Source: Massalongia carnosa
Taxonomy: Eukaryota
Reading direction: 5' to 3'
DNA: 64,000 nucleotides
Assembly: GCA_965645245.1 (NCBI GenBank)
Contig: OZ287068.1
Location: forward strand, 1,054,001 to 1,118,000
Position numbers and translations under genes: made by a program. The notes below the pieces were generated by a model. The model had not been told where the DNA came from. It saw only the letters and a list, made by a program, of their open reading frames with translations, and ran no database searches. Shown here in pieces: positions 37,663 through 50,757 of this stretch; the stretch's first letter is position 1, and every line of letters starts with the position of its first letter.

Positions 37663-38457
37663 ATGCCCTCGACGCTAACGTATCATAACTTCTCATGGCG
37701 CGGGGATCCTCGCTGGAGCCAGGCCTCCCGTCTCACGCTGTACGCCCCTGTCGTCGTTGGGGGCATCTTCATCTTGAGCGTGGTGCAAATTGCCCTCGGC
37801 TCGATTTGGGTCGTTGAGGTGGGGAAAAGTCTTTCGCTGTAAGTGGATTTGATTTAATTACCAAGCTTCGCTTCCTACCTCAAACCCTTTCAATTTCTCT
37901 TCTTCTCATCCCAAGTTTCCCCTAAAAGACGAATCGTCACAATTTGCTTAATACGGAATAGCGCGAATATAATCCCTACCCTCCTTCTCCCCGGCCTTTC
38001 CTTCTTCAACGCCCTCCCATCCCTCCACCTGCATCTCCTTCTCCGCCGTAATCCTCCCCTCCTTGCCACCATTGCCTCCTCTACATTCGCCCTGGTCTAC
38101 CTTGTTGTCTTGACTACTCTCCTCGCATCCTGCATCCCCGCCTCTCAAGATCATAACTCTAGCCTGCGACGCGCCCTCTGTGCAGGGCCTGACGGCGGCG
38201 GCGGGAGCAGCGTTGACGCTGACGGGAACGTGAGCGGCGGGGGCGTGAGCAAATCCGTCTGGAGCGTGTTGGTGGCGCTGGGGTTCGTGTCGGCGGCGCT
38301 GTACGCGTGCCATGCCGGGATGGCGATGATGGTAAGAAGGGCGGTGGGGAAGGGGATGGTGATTGCAGGGGAGGGGTCGAGTGTGGATGAGATCGAGGCT
38401 AGAAGGGTGAAGGCGAGGGAGCTGTGGGTGAAGGCTACGAGGGTAGAGGGGCTTTAG
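37663..38457 (+). CDS. Small multi-pass (about 4 TM) membrane protein
   Basis: Exon 37663-37838 (MPSTLTYHNFSWRGDPRWSQASRLTLYAPVVVGGIFILSVVQIALGSIW...) splices GTAAGT...TAG in frame to 37962-38457, which contains ORF 38110..38457. Several hydrophobic helices. Confidence 0.8.
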
Positions 38458-39068
38458 GGGACAGGAATCCACCACCATGCCCAGATGGTATGTCTAAAAC
38501 CTCATGGAGACGAGCTCTAGCGCTATGAAGAAGCTCAGGCGGACCCGTCAATGCGATCTCCTTCTCTGTCGCCTTCCCTTCCCCCTTTCCCCCCCCTTTC
38601 TAACAGCTAGCGTTAAAGCCAACGTATCGTAAACGCCGCTGCTGCCACCAAATTCAGGACCGGCAAAGATAGCACTATCATTCACCAAGGCAGCTGTGCA
38701 AATATGGAGGTGTTTTCCAAGAACTCTGACAAGAGAAACTGGCCAGGAGACTGCTGGAGCCGACAGACGTTGCTACTCGAGCCCGTAGATGCTCTCTCTA
38801 GCGGACAGTTACGTATCATCCTCGTCCGTCTCTTCTTCTCTTCCCTTAGTACCTCGTCACCCCCCCCCGAACGATCTACATAGGTACCCTTCAAACCCAA
38901 ACACCCCTATTACCTTAAAACCGCTTTGCCTCTTTCCCATAATACATCGAGCTCGAGCGCCCCGCTCCCACGTCAACCAAAACAACAGACCGTGCATGCA
39001 TAGTAACTAGATCGGGAATGTGGGAGGAAGGAGCCAGTTAGTCAGTCAGTCGTGTTGGAGAGACTGCT

Positions 39069-39070
<2 letters not shown>

Positions 39071-39106
<36 letters not shown>
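39071..39106. repeat. (AGT)12 microsatellite
   Basis: Direct reading; a compound (TTCG/CTCG)n run also lies at about 39192-39228. Confidence 0.95.
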
Positions 39107-41033
39107 TTAATAAACCAACCCTTCAGCTTTCTTCCCCCTCCTGCCACGGAAAACTCCCTCGGGGCTTACATACATACATATAACCTCGTGCTTCGTTCGT
39201 TCGCTCGTTCGCTCGTTCGCTCGTTCGCTTTTCGTTATTCTCGTCAATCTCACCACTGCGTCCATTTGGACCACGGGGAGTGGGGGGTAAGGGTACTCCT
39301 GTGTACGGTCCTGTTATTTGACTGCCCTTGCTTGGTGTCTTAAAAACTCCCCTCGTCAATTTCATATGTTCCGGTATTGACAGCTCCCTATCGTTAGGAA
39401 TATAAATACTTGTCTATTCACCTTCCTCCTTCGTACCTTCCTACCCGTCCCCAGGCCCCCCCTTCCGTCGCTCCCCAGTCCTCCATGCCTCTTCTTCGTT
39501 CTCCCCTTCCTTTAAAGCAAAAAGAGAGACTTGAAGAGATCCTACATGGTAGGACTCTCGTCTTGAACGTTGTAGATTTATTATGGAAAGGGGTTATTTT
39601 AGGGGGAGGTAAAATAAAAAATAGGGATTAATGAATCGGGAAGACTAGGCCTTTTGGTTGGGTGGGTGGCTAGGAGAGGGGTTGATCCGAGCGAGAGTGG
39701 GGGTTGATTCGGAATAGGTAGGGGGAAGATCCCGAAAACGGCGACAGTGGAAAAGAAAGGGTGAGGAGATGAAGTTCTTCAATGCCAAAACAAATTCTTA
39801 GAATAGCTTATAGGAAATGGCTTCTCTCTCCTTCTTCCTCCCTCCTTCAAAAAACCGTTAGCTCACACACTCGTCCCTCAACGTTCGTCTATCCAGCTCT
39901 ACCAGGTCCCGCCTCGCCCGGGTCCTTTGTCCCTTTTATTAGCCTGTGAGCTTTTGGGTTAAATTCAACCTCCTCATTATCGTTGCGGCGATGGTGATTA
40001 GTAAGGAAGGGGTTCAGTTCTTTCGGGTGGGGAAGGGCCGCAGGGGAGAGAAGGGGAGGGGGAGAACGGTAATGATTTCCGAGATACTCTAACTTGCGGA
40101 GATTGGAGGGGGGGGAAGGGGGGTCAGTAGGTAAGCATAGGGGTATGGGTTGAAGGAGGGGTTGCTGCTTTGGAGAGGAACCTTGAGAAAGAACAAGGAT
40201 CGTGAGATCATTAAAAACCCTGAATCGTAACATTAAGGAATACGTTGTCTATAACTTCATTAATCTAATAACGTCAAGATATCACCTAGCTGGTTTTCCA
40301 TCTGATCAAATTAGAAATTCGGTGTGTATGATGACAATGAGGATTAGCAAGGGAAGTGGCAAAATGGAAACCGATGAAAAAAGGTGGAAAGATTAACTAA
40401 AATAGAAATGATAGATTGAAAGTACCTACCAGCCGTGTCATTAGTAGGTAGTATTTCGAGATATACACCGCACTCACTTCTCACTCTGGTAAAAGTAGTA
40501 GAAACTTGCAGCTAAGAGGGTTTTCAAAACCGGGGAGGTGAATAAAATGCCACCCGCCATTTGAAAGACGCCCACGATAGGTATTAAAAAAGTTAAGGTA
40601 TACAAGAGTATTTAGTTGTCAAAGAACGCGAGTGCGGAAATAGGAGGAGATATTTTGCAGCACGATTAGGTAGTACATACGTCTGCATATCAGAGTTGGA
40701 AGTAGGTAGGAAACAAGCTTGATAGAGAGAGCTGGTCTTAGACAAGGAAAGATCGATACTTGAAACCCTAGGAACTGTGTGTCCCCATGGCAGCTATCTA
40801 CAAATGTTGACCACAATAGGAGTCTCTAAAATAAGGCCTTTTTGAGCGATCTTGACGAGCCAAACTGTAGTGTTCAGATGATGCCGATAGAAGTAGCCGT
40901 AGTAGGAGAAGTATCGAATCACATCTCTTTGGCCAACAAATCGTGCTAAAGTGTCGCATTTCCCTCAAATAATAATATATCTCTTCCACTTGAACCTCTC
41001 TTTTCCATCCACAGATTTATTCTGCAAAGCCCT

Positions 41034-44000
41034 ATGAAGAAGTACCTTAACAGGAGCAGCATCCCAACAGCATTAAGCTTTGTTGCGATTACCTTGTGTA
41101 GGTTGTTTCAATGAGCAAAAAGACTTTCCCTTATGTATAGCTGAACCTCCTCTGAAGATACCATCACGGAAATTCCGTAGAAAAACTAGTACCGAGTAGG
41201 CTTAGTCAAACGCATCGACGTTGCCCACGGCATCCAGCTTCGTATCATGCCCCTAGGAGACTCAATCACATATGGACGGCTCGTTGTTGACAACAATGGT
41301 TACCGCATCGGCCTGAAAGCCAATCTCGCTGGAAGTGAAGCGCAGTTCATTGGTTAATCACAAGAAGGAAATATGGCCAATAAATTCAACGAAGGACATT
41401 TGGGAGCTACCATCAGTGAGATCGCGAAATTTGCAAAAGCATCGCTCCCAGACCGACCAAATATAATTCTTTTGCATACGGGAACTAATCACTATCCGCC
41501 GGAAGAATCGTACCATACTGGTGCAGAGCGGCTCGGCACCTTAAATGATGAACTTGTCGTTGATTGCCTGAATGCTCCTGTCTTGGTTGCGCAAATAATC
41601 AATGCAGCCAACCCGAAATCTGAATCACGGATACAGAACTTTAATGATCACATACTTAGTGTTTTTGCGAAACGTGCCAAGGAAGGCCATCATATCATGA
41701 TGGTTGAAATGAGGTCACTGACACTAAATGACCTTCAAGATGGACCCCATCCGTCCAATGACCTGTATAGGAAGATGGCCAATCTCTGGTTTGCAGATAT
41801 ACAGACTGCAGACGCAAAGAAATGGATCAAAGCTCCGGTAAACCGAACTCAAGTCTAATCACAAACATAGCTAGCATTGCTGGGAAACAAAAGTGCCTTA
41901 CGGCACCGTTCTGGTATCCTACTGAGAATAGAGGCCTGATTACTAGTGGCATTGGTCATGGCGGAGAAGCTAAATCCATAAAAAATTGGGTATATCACGG
42001 CTAGGTTGATTCAGGTCTGGGTTTAAATGGCACCGGGGTGCGTTTTGCAGAGATTGATAGTGACGGTAAGTAAACAATAGTCTCCCCTTATGAACAGAGC
42101 AATGGCAAGCGGTAGTGTGAAAAATTGGATGAAACGGAAAGACTAATACGGGCTTTGCTGTTTTGAATAACTTATAGGTCGAGACGATTATCTGTGGATT
42201 AACCAAACGAGCGGAGCCGTTATCGCATATCTTAGTGAAGGTCATGGTGATACCCCTAACGGGAAGCCCATATCTTCTGGTATCGGGCCTAGCGCGGGAG
42301 TGTTCTTTGCTAACATTAGTGGAGATGGCAAGCTAACTATCTTTATGTAATAGCAATACCGGTGCTATTCAGGCTTGAATCAATGGTGGCGCAACTTCTA
42401 ACGGTTAGTTTTAGGCTGGTCCTAAAGATATTGCTCCTGCTGTTCTGCATGCGAGTCAAGAGACCCTAATGTTTGCAGATATCAATGGGGATGGTACGTG
42501 CTCTTACTTCGATTAAGTGAAAGTACTGAACGGTGAGGTGAAGCAGCATGTCGCCAACAACTTGCTTGGGCTGGCTAGGCCGAGACGGTTATCTGGTCAA
42601 AATACCCGATGGAACTCTGCAGCTTTGGCTCGATATTGAAAACCCAAGGTCTGCAGATATTACTTGGGTTCCAGCGATTAATATTGTGACTGCGCTACGA
42701 ACAATAGACATTGCTCTTGCTGACATAAAAAGTGACGGTATGGGTGAACCAACTAACATACCTAAGAAAGGTGCTGGAATAACCATGTATTTTTTATACA
42801 CACTAGGCCGAGCTAACTCTTTGATTTGAGACGAGGACGGAGAGCTCAGAGGGTACCTCAATGTCCGCGGTCCTACCAGAGGTCAGCCATTCTGGGTTTC
42901 CCAAGGATCATCTAAATCAGTTGCAGCCGGACTAAGTGTCTCATCCAGATCAATTCGGCTCGCAGACTTCAACGAAGACGGGAAAGCTGATTATGCTAAA
43001 ATCAACGCTAAGGCTGGGGCGGTTGACCTCTATATCAACCATGGCGTTGCAGATACCAGCGTCACGGGCGACGGAGTTAGTTTTGCAAACTTAAACGGCG
43101 ATGATATGGATGATTATATCTTCACCGATCAGGATGGAAAGATCATTGCCTATGTCAACGGTGGACAAGATTCCCAAGCGCACCTTGGCTGGATCTGGAT
43201 TCCACAAAATGGCGGGAAGCCCATTACAACCGTAGTCAGAGCGCACAGAGATTATATCCATCTAGCTGATATCAATGGCGATGGTAAAGCAGACTATATT
43301 GTTGTCGATCCTATTAATGAGGTGGTAAACTGCGGGTACAACGGCGGGGCCAACAATAAGACCAATGCAGGATGGATGTGGATTCCACAGGGACATCGCT
43401 CCAGGAATCGGATCAGGAACTGGAGTCAGATTCGCGGACATGGACGGAGACGGAAAGCTGATTATACTTTTCTCAGTGAAACTGGAAAGGCGACAGTTTA
43501 TATCAACAAAGTTGGGGAAATCGCGGTTATGCTGAACAATGGCCAACCAATCAATTCGGGCGTAGGAGCTTATAGGAAAGACATCCAATTCGCCGACTTG
43601 AATGGTGATGGACGCTCCAATTATACTTGGGTTCATCCTCTTGATGGATCGATCAACGTATGGACTAATGAAATAGGTTTCAATCCAGCAAACTGGATCC
43701 CTTACCCAAAGAAAATTGTAACAGGACTGGGTTTCGCTGGTGCCAGTATCAAATCGCTTATCTTAATCGCTCCGGTCGCGCCGCATACATCTCTATCGTT
43801 CCAAGCTCTGGGGCCATTTACGTCTGGAGGAATGGTTGCAGTGATCTAGCACCACCGTCCCCAGGATTTAGTGTTAGAGGTGGCTTGCCAAGCATACCTT
43901 CTGATGGGGGAATTCCTCTAGGCATTTGGCTTGGAAATAATCCATTGGGAGATTTACCAAGAACCCGCCAGGTGACTTCGCAAGTTTCAAACGAATCCCC

Positions 44001-44600
44001 ATTCAGCTCAGTGCTAATGGGACAGCTACTGTAATTATCACGATTTCCCTTAAATTCATCCTTGACTTCGAAAATCAAGATGGAAAGGTAGTCGGACCAC
44101 AGCAACCGCTACAGCAACGTCCAGTACTAGTACAGCCGTTCCTACTGAGTGGATTTTTCAATACAGTGCCTGGGACTTCTGTAGCCGCCTTCGAGGATTT
44201 CGTCCAGGATCTGCTAGACGGCGGTAAAGGCACGAGAATCACAAATCCATGTCTTAAATACCAGAATCATGTTGGAAAAATGACTTTGGCACAGGCAATA
44301 GAGGTCAACCAAGACCCTATAGTGGATCAAATGGATAGTAATGAGTCTTAACGGTTATACTTTGACGAAATGGAATCCCCGAACTCAAGCCGGAACCAAC
44401 GCTATCATCGTGTACCTAATCTATATATCGTACGCCAGCAAGGTAGCCCTAGACACCTTAGAATCTTATCTCTGCCTGGGAGGGAGAGCGTATACAACCC
44501 TGACATGAATGGTAACAATACTGAATATACATTTGAGGCTACTGTCGACGCAGGTTCGTTTGTCTATGTGATGGACTCTGAAATTAATTTCAATCATATA
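41034..44600 (+). pseudogene. Decayed secreted multidomain gene: SGNH hydrolase (CE3-like) + FG-GAP/VCBS repeats + subtilisin-like (S8) N-terminal fragment
   Basis: RIMPLGDSITYG (about 41241), NEGHLGATI, PNIILLHTGTN, DGPHP; many (F/L)AD(I/L)NGDG(K/R)xDY repeats at 42040-43630; then QQGSPRHLRILS...EYTFEATVDAGSFVYVMDSEINFNH. Numerous stops and frameshifts. Confidence 0.85.
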
Positions 44601-45378
44601 GTAAGTACTTCTATTTAGGAGTCCTTTATCATTTACCTTCAGTCTCCGATTCAGCACGAAACAGTGAGAGTAGTCAGTCCTCTGTCGATGCGAACTCGTT
44701 GTTATCAATATGAAACTATACAAACAGCATTCTGATAAGCATCCCAGCTGACTAACGTGGCTGCGATAGCACGTCTAAACGCAAAACTCAAAATTACGGT
44801 CAGATATTCGTAATAAATTGTGTATTATTGCGATTTTTCGACATTTTGCTTCTTCTTTTGAACGCGGGCTATTTCTTCGAAAGAATTCAAGTAGAGTTTA
44901 TAAAGAAAGTTTCCTAAATTTCCTGTTCGTTGCAAAGTCCATGAGAGGTAAACTGACTGCACTTTGCATAGAAATTAAGAACTGACTTAACGAAAATAAT
45001 AACACGTATGTAAGATTGCTCTGCACGTTACAAACATGAACAAACGTTGAAATTTATAACGAAAAATCAATAATACATTGATCATAATCATATCAAGCGA
45101 TGACGACATTACAAACATGAAATTGTGATGTTGTTCTATGAGGTCAAAATCATTGTCGTCTTGATCGTTAAGCCATATCTGACCGTATTGTGGCAGAACC
45201 TTCTCGAGCTAAAAAGCCGCATCACGTGAACGCCTCTACGGAAACGTGAAATTTTCTTGATACTGTAATACGAGGATAAACCCCTTAAGATATTTACCAT
45301 GATAAAATCTAACATGAATGTTAGCTAAAACATACGAAATCGGGAAAGATATATTGTAATCCATGCTGTCTCTTAACT

Positions 45379-47070
45379 ATGGCTCGCTTTTCGAATGTCT
45401 TCATGCCTTTCCTATATCCTTGCCTTGAATCTTCCTCTCTTCGCATTTCGAAAAGTACACGACACCTCTGTGCAATTTCCAAACATAGGCGGCATGAGTC
45501 CACCGCAGCAATAACTACTGAGATATCTTCATCAGATCAGCTTCCTCCATCATCACATCTTGACCCACCCCCCGACGACTACGGGCGTACGATCTTCGCA
45601 GATAAATGCAACCTGGTCGTCGCTGCAGGCTCCGGGGGTCATGGATGTGTATCCTTTCTGAGAGAAAAGTTCATAGCGGATGGACCACCTAACGGGGGTG
45701 ATGGCGGGACTGGAGGCAGCATCTATATTCAAGCCGTGCGCGGGGAGACAAGTCTACACAAGCTGGCTCGGCGGCGGATCATGAAAGCCGGTCGAGGGAA
45801 GAATGGGCAAGGAAAGGGAAAGGGAGGGCAAAGGGGAGAGGATGTATTAGTACAAGTCCCGGTAGGGACTGTTGTACGGGAGATTTCAAGGCATGATCCT
45901 GTGGCAGAGGAAAAGGAAGGAAAAATGCTTAAGGAGGATGAATCCTCGGAAGTTGGAGGAGGGGAGACACCTGGACAGTTCAGAAGAGATAAATGGATCC
46001 TCTTCCCCGCGTCAGTCCCCTCCGACTTCGCCACCACGGAATTTCCCTCTCTGCCCAGCTCCCGCAAGTCGAGTTTAGCCATGTCGCAACCCGCAGCACC
46101 CATAACGCTTGATCTTTCCAAGCCGATGGATGCCCCGATGCTGCTGGCAGCTGGCGCCGCCGGCGGGCTGGGAAACCCTCACTTCGTTACACGCACGACC
46201 GCAAAGCCCAAATACGCCACTCGGGGTGAGCAAGGTGTGTCCATCACGCTAGAGCTCGAGCTCAAGCTGCTCGCGGACGTAGGCTTCGTTGGCAAGCCCA
46301 ATGCGGGGAAAAGCACACTCTTGCGCGCTCTTAGCAGAAGTAGAGCCCGCGTTGGCAATTGGGCCTTCACAACCCTGCAGCCGAATCTTGGCACTGTAGT
46401 GCTAGATAACCACCGCGGTCGCGCTCACCTCGTCGCCACCCGCCCCGACGGTGACCTCAGAACCCAAATATCGATTGCAGATATCCCGGGTCTGGTTCCG
46501 GACGCTCACTTAGACCGCGGCCTCGGCCTCGGCTTCCTCCGGCACGTCGAGCGCGCCCAAGTCCTTGCTTTCGTGGTCGATCTCAGTGCTGGCGACGCTG
46601 TACACGCTCTTACGCAGCTGTGGCGCGAACTCGGCGAGTTCGAAGCCCTCAAGGACATCGAAACGGATCTAGACTCGGAGGAGCACTCCACCATCGAGTG
46701 GAAAGCGCTCGGTAGCTCGGTCCCCATGGCGTCAGCCTACGAGCGCCGACTCGCGCGTGAGGGAGCAGGTGATACCACACTTTTCCGCCACTCTGACGAG
46801 GGGGGTGTGTTAGCGCCGTTGACGATGCTCCCGCCCATTTCATCGAAGCCGTGGTTTGTGGTCGCCACCAAAGCGGACGTGGAGGGCACCCAGGCGAACT
46901 TTGAGGCCTTGCGTGCATGGTTGGTGGAGTTGAGCAAAGGGAAGGTAGAGCATCCTTGCGGGAGAAGGAATGCGTGGAAAGGGCCGTTGGAGGCGATTCC
47001 GGTCAGCGCGATAAGGGGAGAGGGGGTGGGGAGGATTCCGGAGTGGACGGTTGGGTTGTTGGACGAATGA
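45379..47070 (+). CDS. MTG2: Mitochondrial Obg-family GTPase
   Basis: Gly-rich Obg fold (AGSGGHGCVSFLREKF..GPPNGGDGG), LELKLLADVGFVGKPNAGKSTLL, AFTTLQPNLG, ADIPGL, GLGLGFLRHVER, ATKAD; N-terminal presequence. Confidence 0.96.
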   Translation: MARFSNVFMPFLYPCLESSSLRISKSTRHLCAISKHRRHESTAAITTEISSSDQLPPSSHLDPPPDDYGRTIFADKCNLVVAAGSGGHGCVSFLREKFIADGPPNGGDGGTGGSIYIQAVRGETSLHKLARRRIMKAGRGKNGQGKGKGGQRGEDVLVQVPVGTVVREISRHDPVAEEKEGKMLKEDESSEVGGGETPGQFRRDKWILFPASVPSDFATTEFPSLPSSRKSSLAMSQPAAPITLDLSKPMDAPMLLAAGAAGGLGNPHFVTRTTAKPKYATRGEQGVSITLELELKLLADVGFVGKPNAGKSTLLRALSRSRARVGNWAFTTLQPNLGTVVLDNHRGRAHLVATRPDGDLRTQISIADIPGLVPDAHLDRGLGLGFLRHVERAQVLAFVVDLSAGDAVHALTQLWRELGEFEALKDIETDLDSEEHSTIEWKALGSSVPMASAYERRLAREGAGDTTLFRHSDEGGVLAPLTMLPPISSKPWFVVATKADVEGTQANFEALRAWLVELSKGKVEHPCGRRNAWKGPLEAIPVSAIRGEGVGRIPEWTVGLLDE

Positions 47071-49147
47071 GTGCCTTGCTAGGAGCCCAAGAGGTAGAAG
47101 GCACCCGTTGACTATAAAAGTATACGGGATGCAACTTTCTATCCAAGGATCATATGGAGGACCGTTCAACTATAATTAAGCTCTGAAAATCCAAGTCCTT
47201 CCAACCGAGTGTTTCCGCTTTGGTTTCGAAGTTGAAAGTCATGGTTCCGCCCAAGAAGCAACCTTCCACCCACTACCTTCCCTTCCCTTTTCCTCCTTCC
47301 ACCTGTAACACTCCTCGCGCAACCCATACACGCTCCAGGTGCCTTCAAGAACGGTCAGAGGTTCCCCAAGTGGACCACTTTACGCCTTACAGGTAGGTAC
47401 CTTGGGGGATCTTTCTGAAGTGCTGTTGCAACGGGAGTGGTAACAAAAGAGAGTGGAGATGGATTACGCTTTCCAGTGGATATCAGTTACGGAGTACAAG
47501 GTTCTGATTCCTGACAGTCTGATCTTATCAGGAGATCGATACACCAATTCCCATTTCATTTCGGGGTCAGACACGATAAGATTCGTAAGCTCAGAGATGT
47601 TTATCCCTTGCGGCTTGCATGCAGAGAGGGAGTTGATTCGAAACAATCTCTGGGCAGCATTCCACCCGTTATCGAGTAGTTATTCTGTACCCCGTATCGG
47701 CTTGAGGATCAGCTAACTTCGGCATTCCCATACAGTTCGTTAACGTGATTCATGCATCCATATGCCGGTCGCAGAAACTCCGCGCTCGTTTAGGCAACAA
47801 CGACAGGCGGGTCGCGAGGCACTCTCGTACCGCGAAAAGGTCGGTGCCGGAGTCGGAGTTGAGCTAGTTAACCACGGAGTTGGACACGCAGGCGAGAGAG
47901 AGGCTCCAGAGCTAAAACGGCGCACAAGCGGTGAGATTCATTGAACACTAACGACAGCGTGCTTATGCGGGATCATGCACCGAGGGTGACGGACCTCGGC
48001 CACACCTGCAACGTACATGCTCTGTACAGAGCACAGAGTGCTTATTGATAAGCGGACCCTGTCGTCCATGTAACTTTGCTGTGCCAGGACAAGGCTAAAT
48101 GAGGGTTTGGGGGTCGAGGAGGGGTTGCAAAGGGGAAATGTTGCAATGATCGCCATCATTACAGCGTATATACTCTGTACTGCGTACAGAGTGATTGATT
48201 CCTACTCCTCCATTCCCCCCCACACATGAGACCTCTTTCCTCAACGGATTGAGATGGGCTCGTTAGCCTCCGAAACTATGGAATGACCCCCCAATCACAT
48301 CTGAGAGAGCGAGGCGACCATATCAGGTTATGTACTCTGGACTCCGTAACCAGTTCCAGTTCCAGATGAACAGTCATTTGGCGCACAGAGTCGCATTCTG
48401 ACCTTGACCTGGTAGTGCTCACCGTTGATCGTTCTGTGTTGAGGATGTCAGCATATAGAGCTACAGTACGGAATACGGAGTACAGAATACAGTAATCAAT
48501 AAACCATCTAATCCCAATCCATGCGAATGGCGACCACTTCATGCCGAAAAAAGCCCTAACGATTTTGCCTTGGCTTGGCTTGCCCTATGTTGCCCTACGT
48601 TGTCCTACAGTGGATTCGGCTTCACCTCCCTTTCGTTTCTTGCCTGCCCCCAACCTTGCCTACTTGCCTACTTGCCTGACCTGCCTTCCTCTTCTCCCTT
48701 CCCATCTGTACTTGTACCTTTCCCTCGTGCCCGCAAACCCCGCGAAGGTGCTTAATCTCTGTCCATTGCAGTCCTGAATCCCCCCCCCATATCGCATCGC
48801 AGCAGACGTTGATCATCAAGATCCGCCCATCGCGTGAAGATTATCCATCTAATCTACTCTGTACAGAGTACCTCCTACGTTTCCTCGCCTACTCCATCGT
48901 TCTACGCTAAACCAGGAATGTGATAATCTAAAAGACCATGGTCCAAGCTTTTTCGTCACACCGAAATCCCTCATCTTCTCGCGACGATCAGATCGTTTGG
49001 CCAGCGCAATTTAATCGTTTCATGACATAGCTGCAACTGAACGCACCTTAACGCTCACCCCTCTTCGGAGGCTGGTGGGCGTCAGCAGCTGCACGAAAGA
49101 GAAAGAGAGAGAGAGAGAGAGCGCGTAAGAGAAACGAACCACAAATC

Positions 49148-50757
49148 ATGATCATCTCGCGCAACTTGTACTCGACGCCTCCACGTGCCAAATCCAAGTT
49201 CGACGACAACGCGACGCTGTTGGTCTCGTGGTGGTGCACTGGATTTGCTTTGGCCATTATACTGGTTAGAGTGTTCGGAAGATATGTACGAACAGAAAAG
49301 CTATTTCGGGAGGACAAGATCATGGCGTGGAGCATAATTCCTTTGCTGGCGAGAATGGGACTGGTCCACATGATTTTGCTGTGGGGAACGAATAACGCCA
49401 TCACCACGGGTTTGACGCCGGTGGAACTGCAACATCGGCAGATAGGGAGCAAGCTGGTCCTGGTTTCAAGGATCATGTACGCTGCCTTGTAAGTCTTCTC
49501 CCCGGTAGGTTGGGAAGACTTTTTCTGACACAAAGACAAGCCTGTGGACTGCCAAGTTTACGATTTCCGAGTTTTTGAAGCGTCTGACAACCAGTCAGAT
49601 GTGGAGACGATCGGACGAGCTGATTCTCCAGTTCATTCGAGGCTTCCTTGTCGTGACCTTTGTAGCTGTGGTCATCGCGACCCTGGCCGAATGTCGACCC
49701 TTTGCTGGGTACTGGCAGCTCATTCCAGATCCAGGTCCAAGATGCCGTCAAGGCTACGCGCAGCTAATTACCATGGGCTCGAGTGATGTGATTACGGATT
49801 TTCTTTTAGTTTGCTTTCCAATACCCATTGTGATGAAGTCTACCATGCCATTGAAGCGGTAAGGTGGTTCCTATCCCCCTACGGCGTCTCCTTGCTAATT
49901 CGTACAGCAAAATCTCGTTGATCCTTCTTTTCGGACTCTCACTCATTCTCATTGGCATCACGGTTTATCGCGTTTTCGGTGTGATAGATCGACACTCGGA
50001 CCAACAGTTCCGTTCTCTGTTCGCATCCCTCGAGATACTTGCCGCCGCCGCCGTGTCAAACGCTTTGGTGCTGGGGTCCTTCGTTCGAGACCGAGGGGCA
50101 AAGAAACAACGCTTCAAGTTCGGCAGCGTTGGTGGAAGTAGCAGCTTGGACAGAGCGACAACCACCCGGCAAGGCACCCTAACAGCCAGAAACTGGGGAA
50201 GCGACGCGGATCTGGTCGGAGATCTAGGCATGAGGCTTCAGCCTGAGCTCTCAGCACAGGAAGCCAGCATTCCTCGGCCAGCGCCCGTCGCCTTGCCCTT
50301 GGCGTCGCAGGCGAGAGATTTGACTCCACACGTCATCAGTAACTGGACGTTCACCAACCGAACATCGATTGAAACCGATGAAACCGACATGAAATCGTCC
50401 TTTCCGGAAACCATCCCTAGCCCAGCGGAAATCTCCATTCTAACTCCCCGCCGCATGTCCTTTTTTGACGTTGGCGGACTTCTTGAAGACGACGCTACCG
50501 CAACCTTGCCGCGCTATCCGGCCCCCATATCCCATTCCCGCGTCCCACCTTTATCATCTAGTCCACGTCTTTCTCCGCACACGGAATTCGGAGAATTCAC
50601 CATTCATCACTGTCGGCAAGGGAGGGACGCCTTGCTGCAGGATATTGGCGGGTTACTGTCTAGCGAACCACCCGGGTCGCCTCATAGCCCCTCGCTCGCC
50701 ACACGTCAATCCAGCAGGCCTGTTCCTGGCACTCAACGGGTGGGTCCAGTAGAGTGA
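49148..50757 (+). CDS. PTH11-like / fungal rhodopsin-domain integral membrane protein (no CFEM)
   Basis: About seven hydrophobic helices with LWTAKFTISEFLKRL, LAECRPFAGYWQLIPDPGPRC, DVITDFLLVCFPIP, ASLEILAAAAVSNA. Exons 49148-49488, 49541-49858, 49908-50757. Confidence 0.9.
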
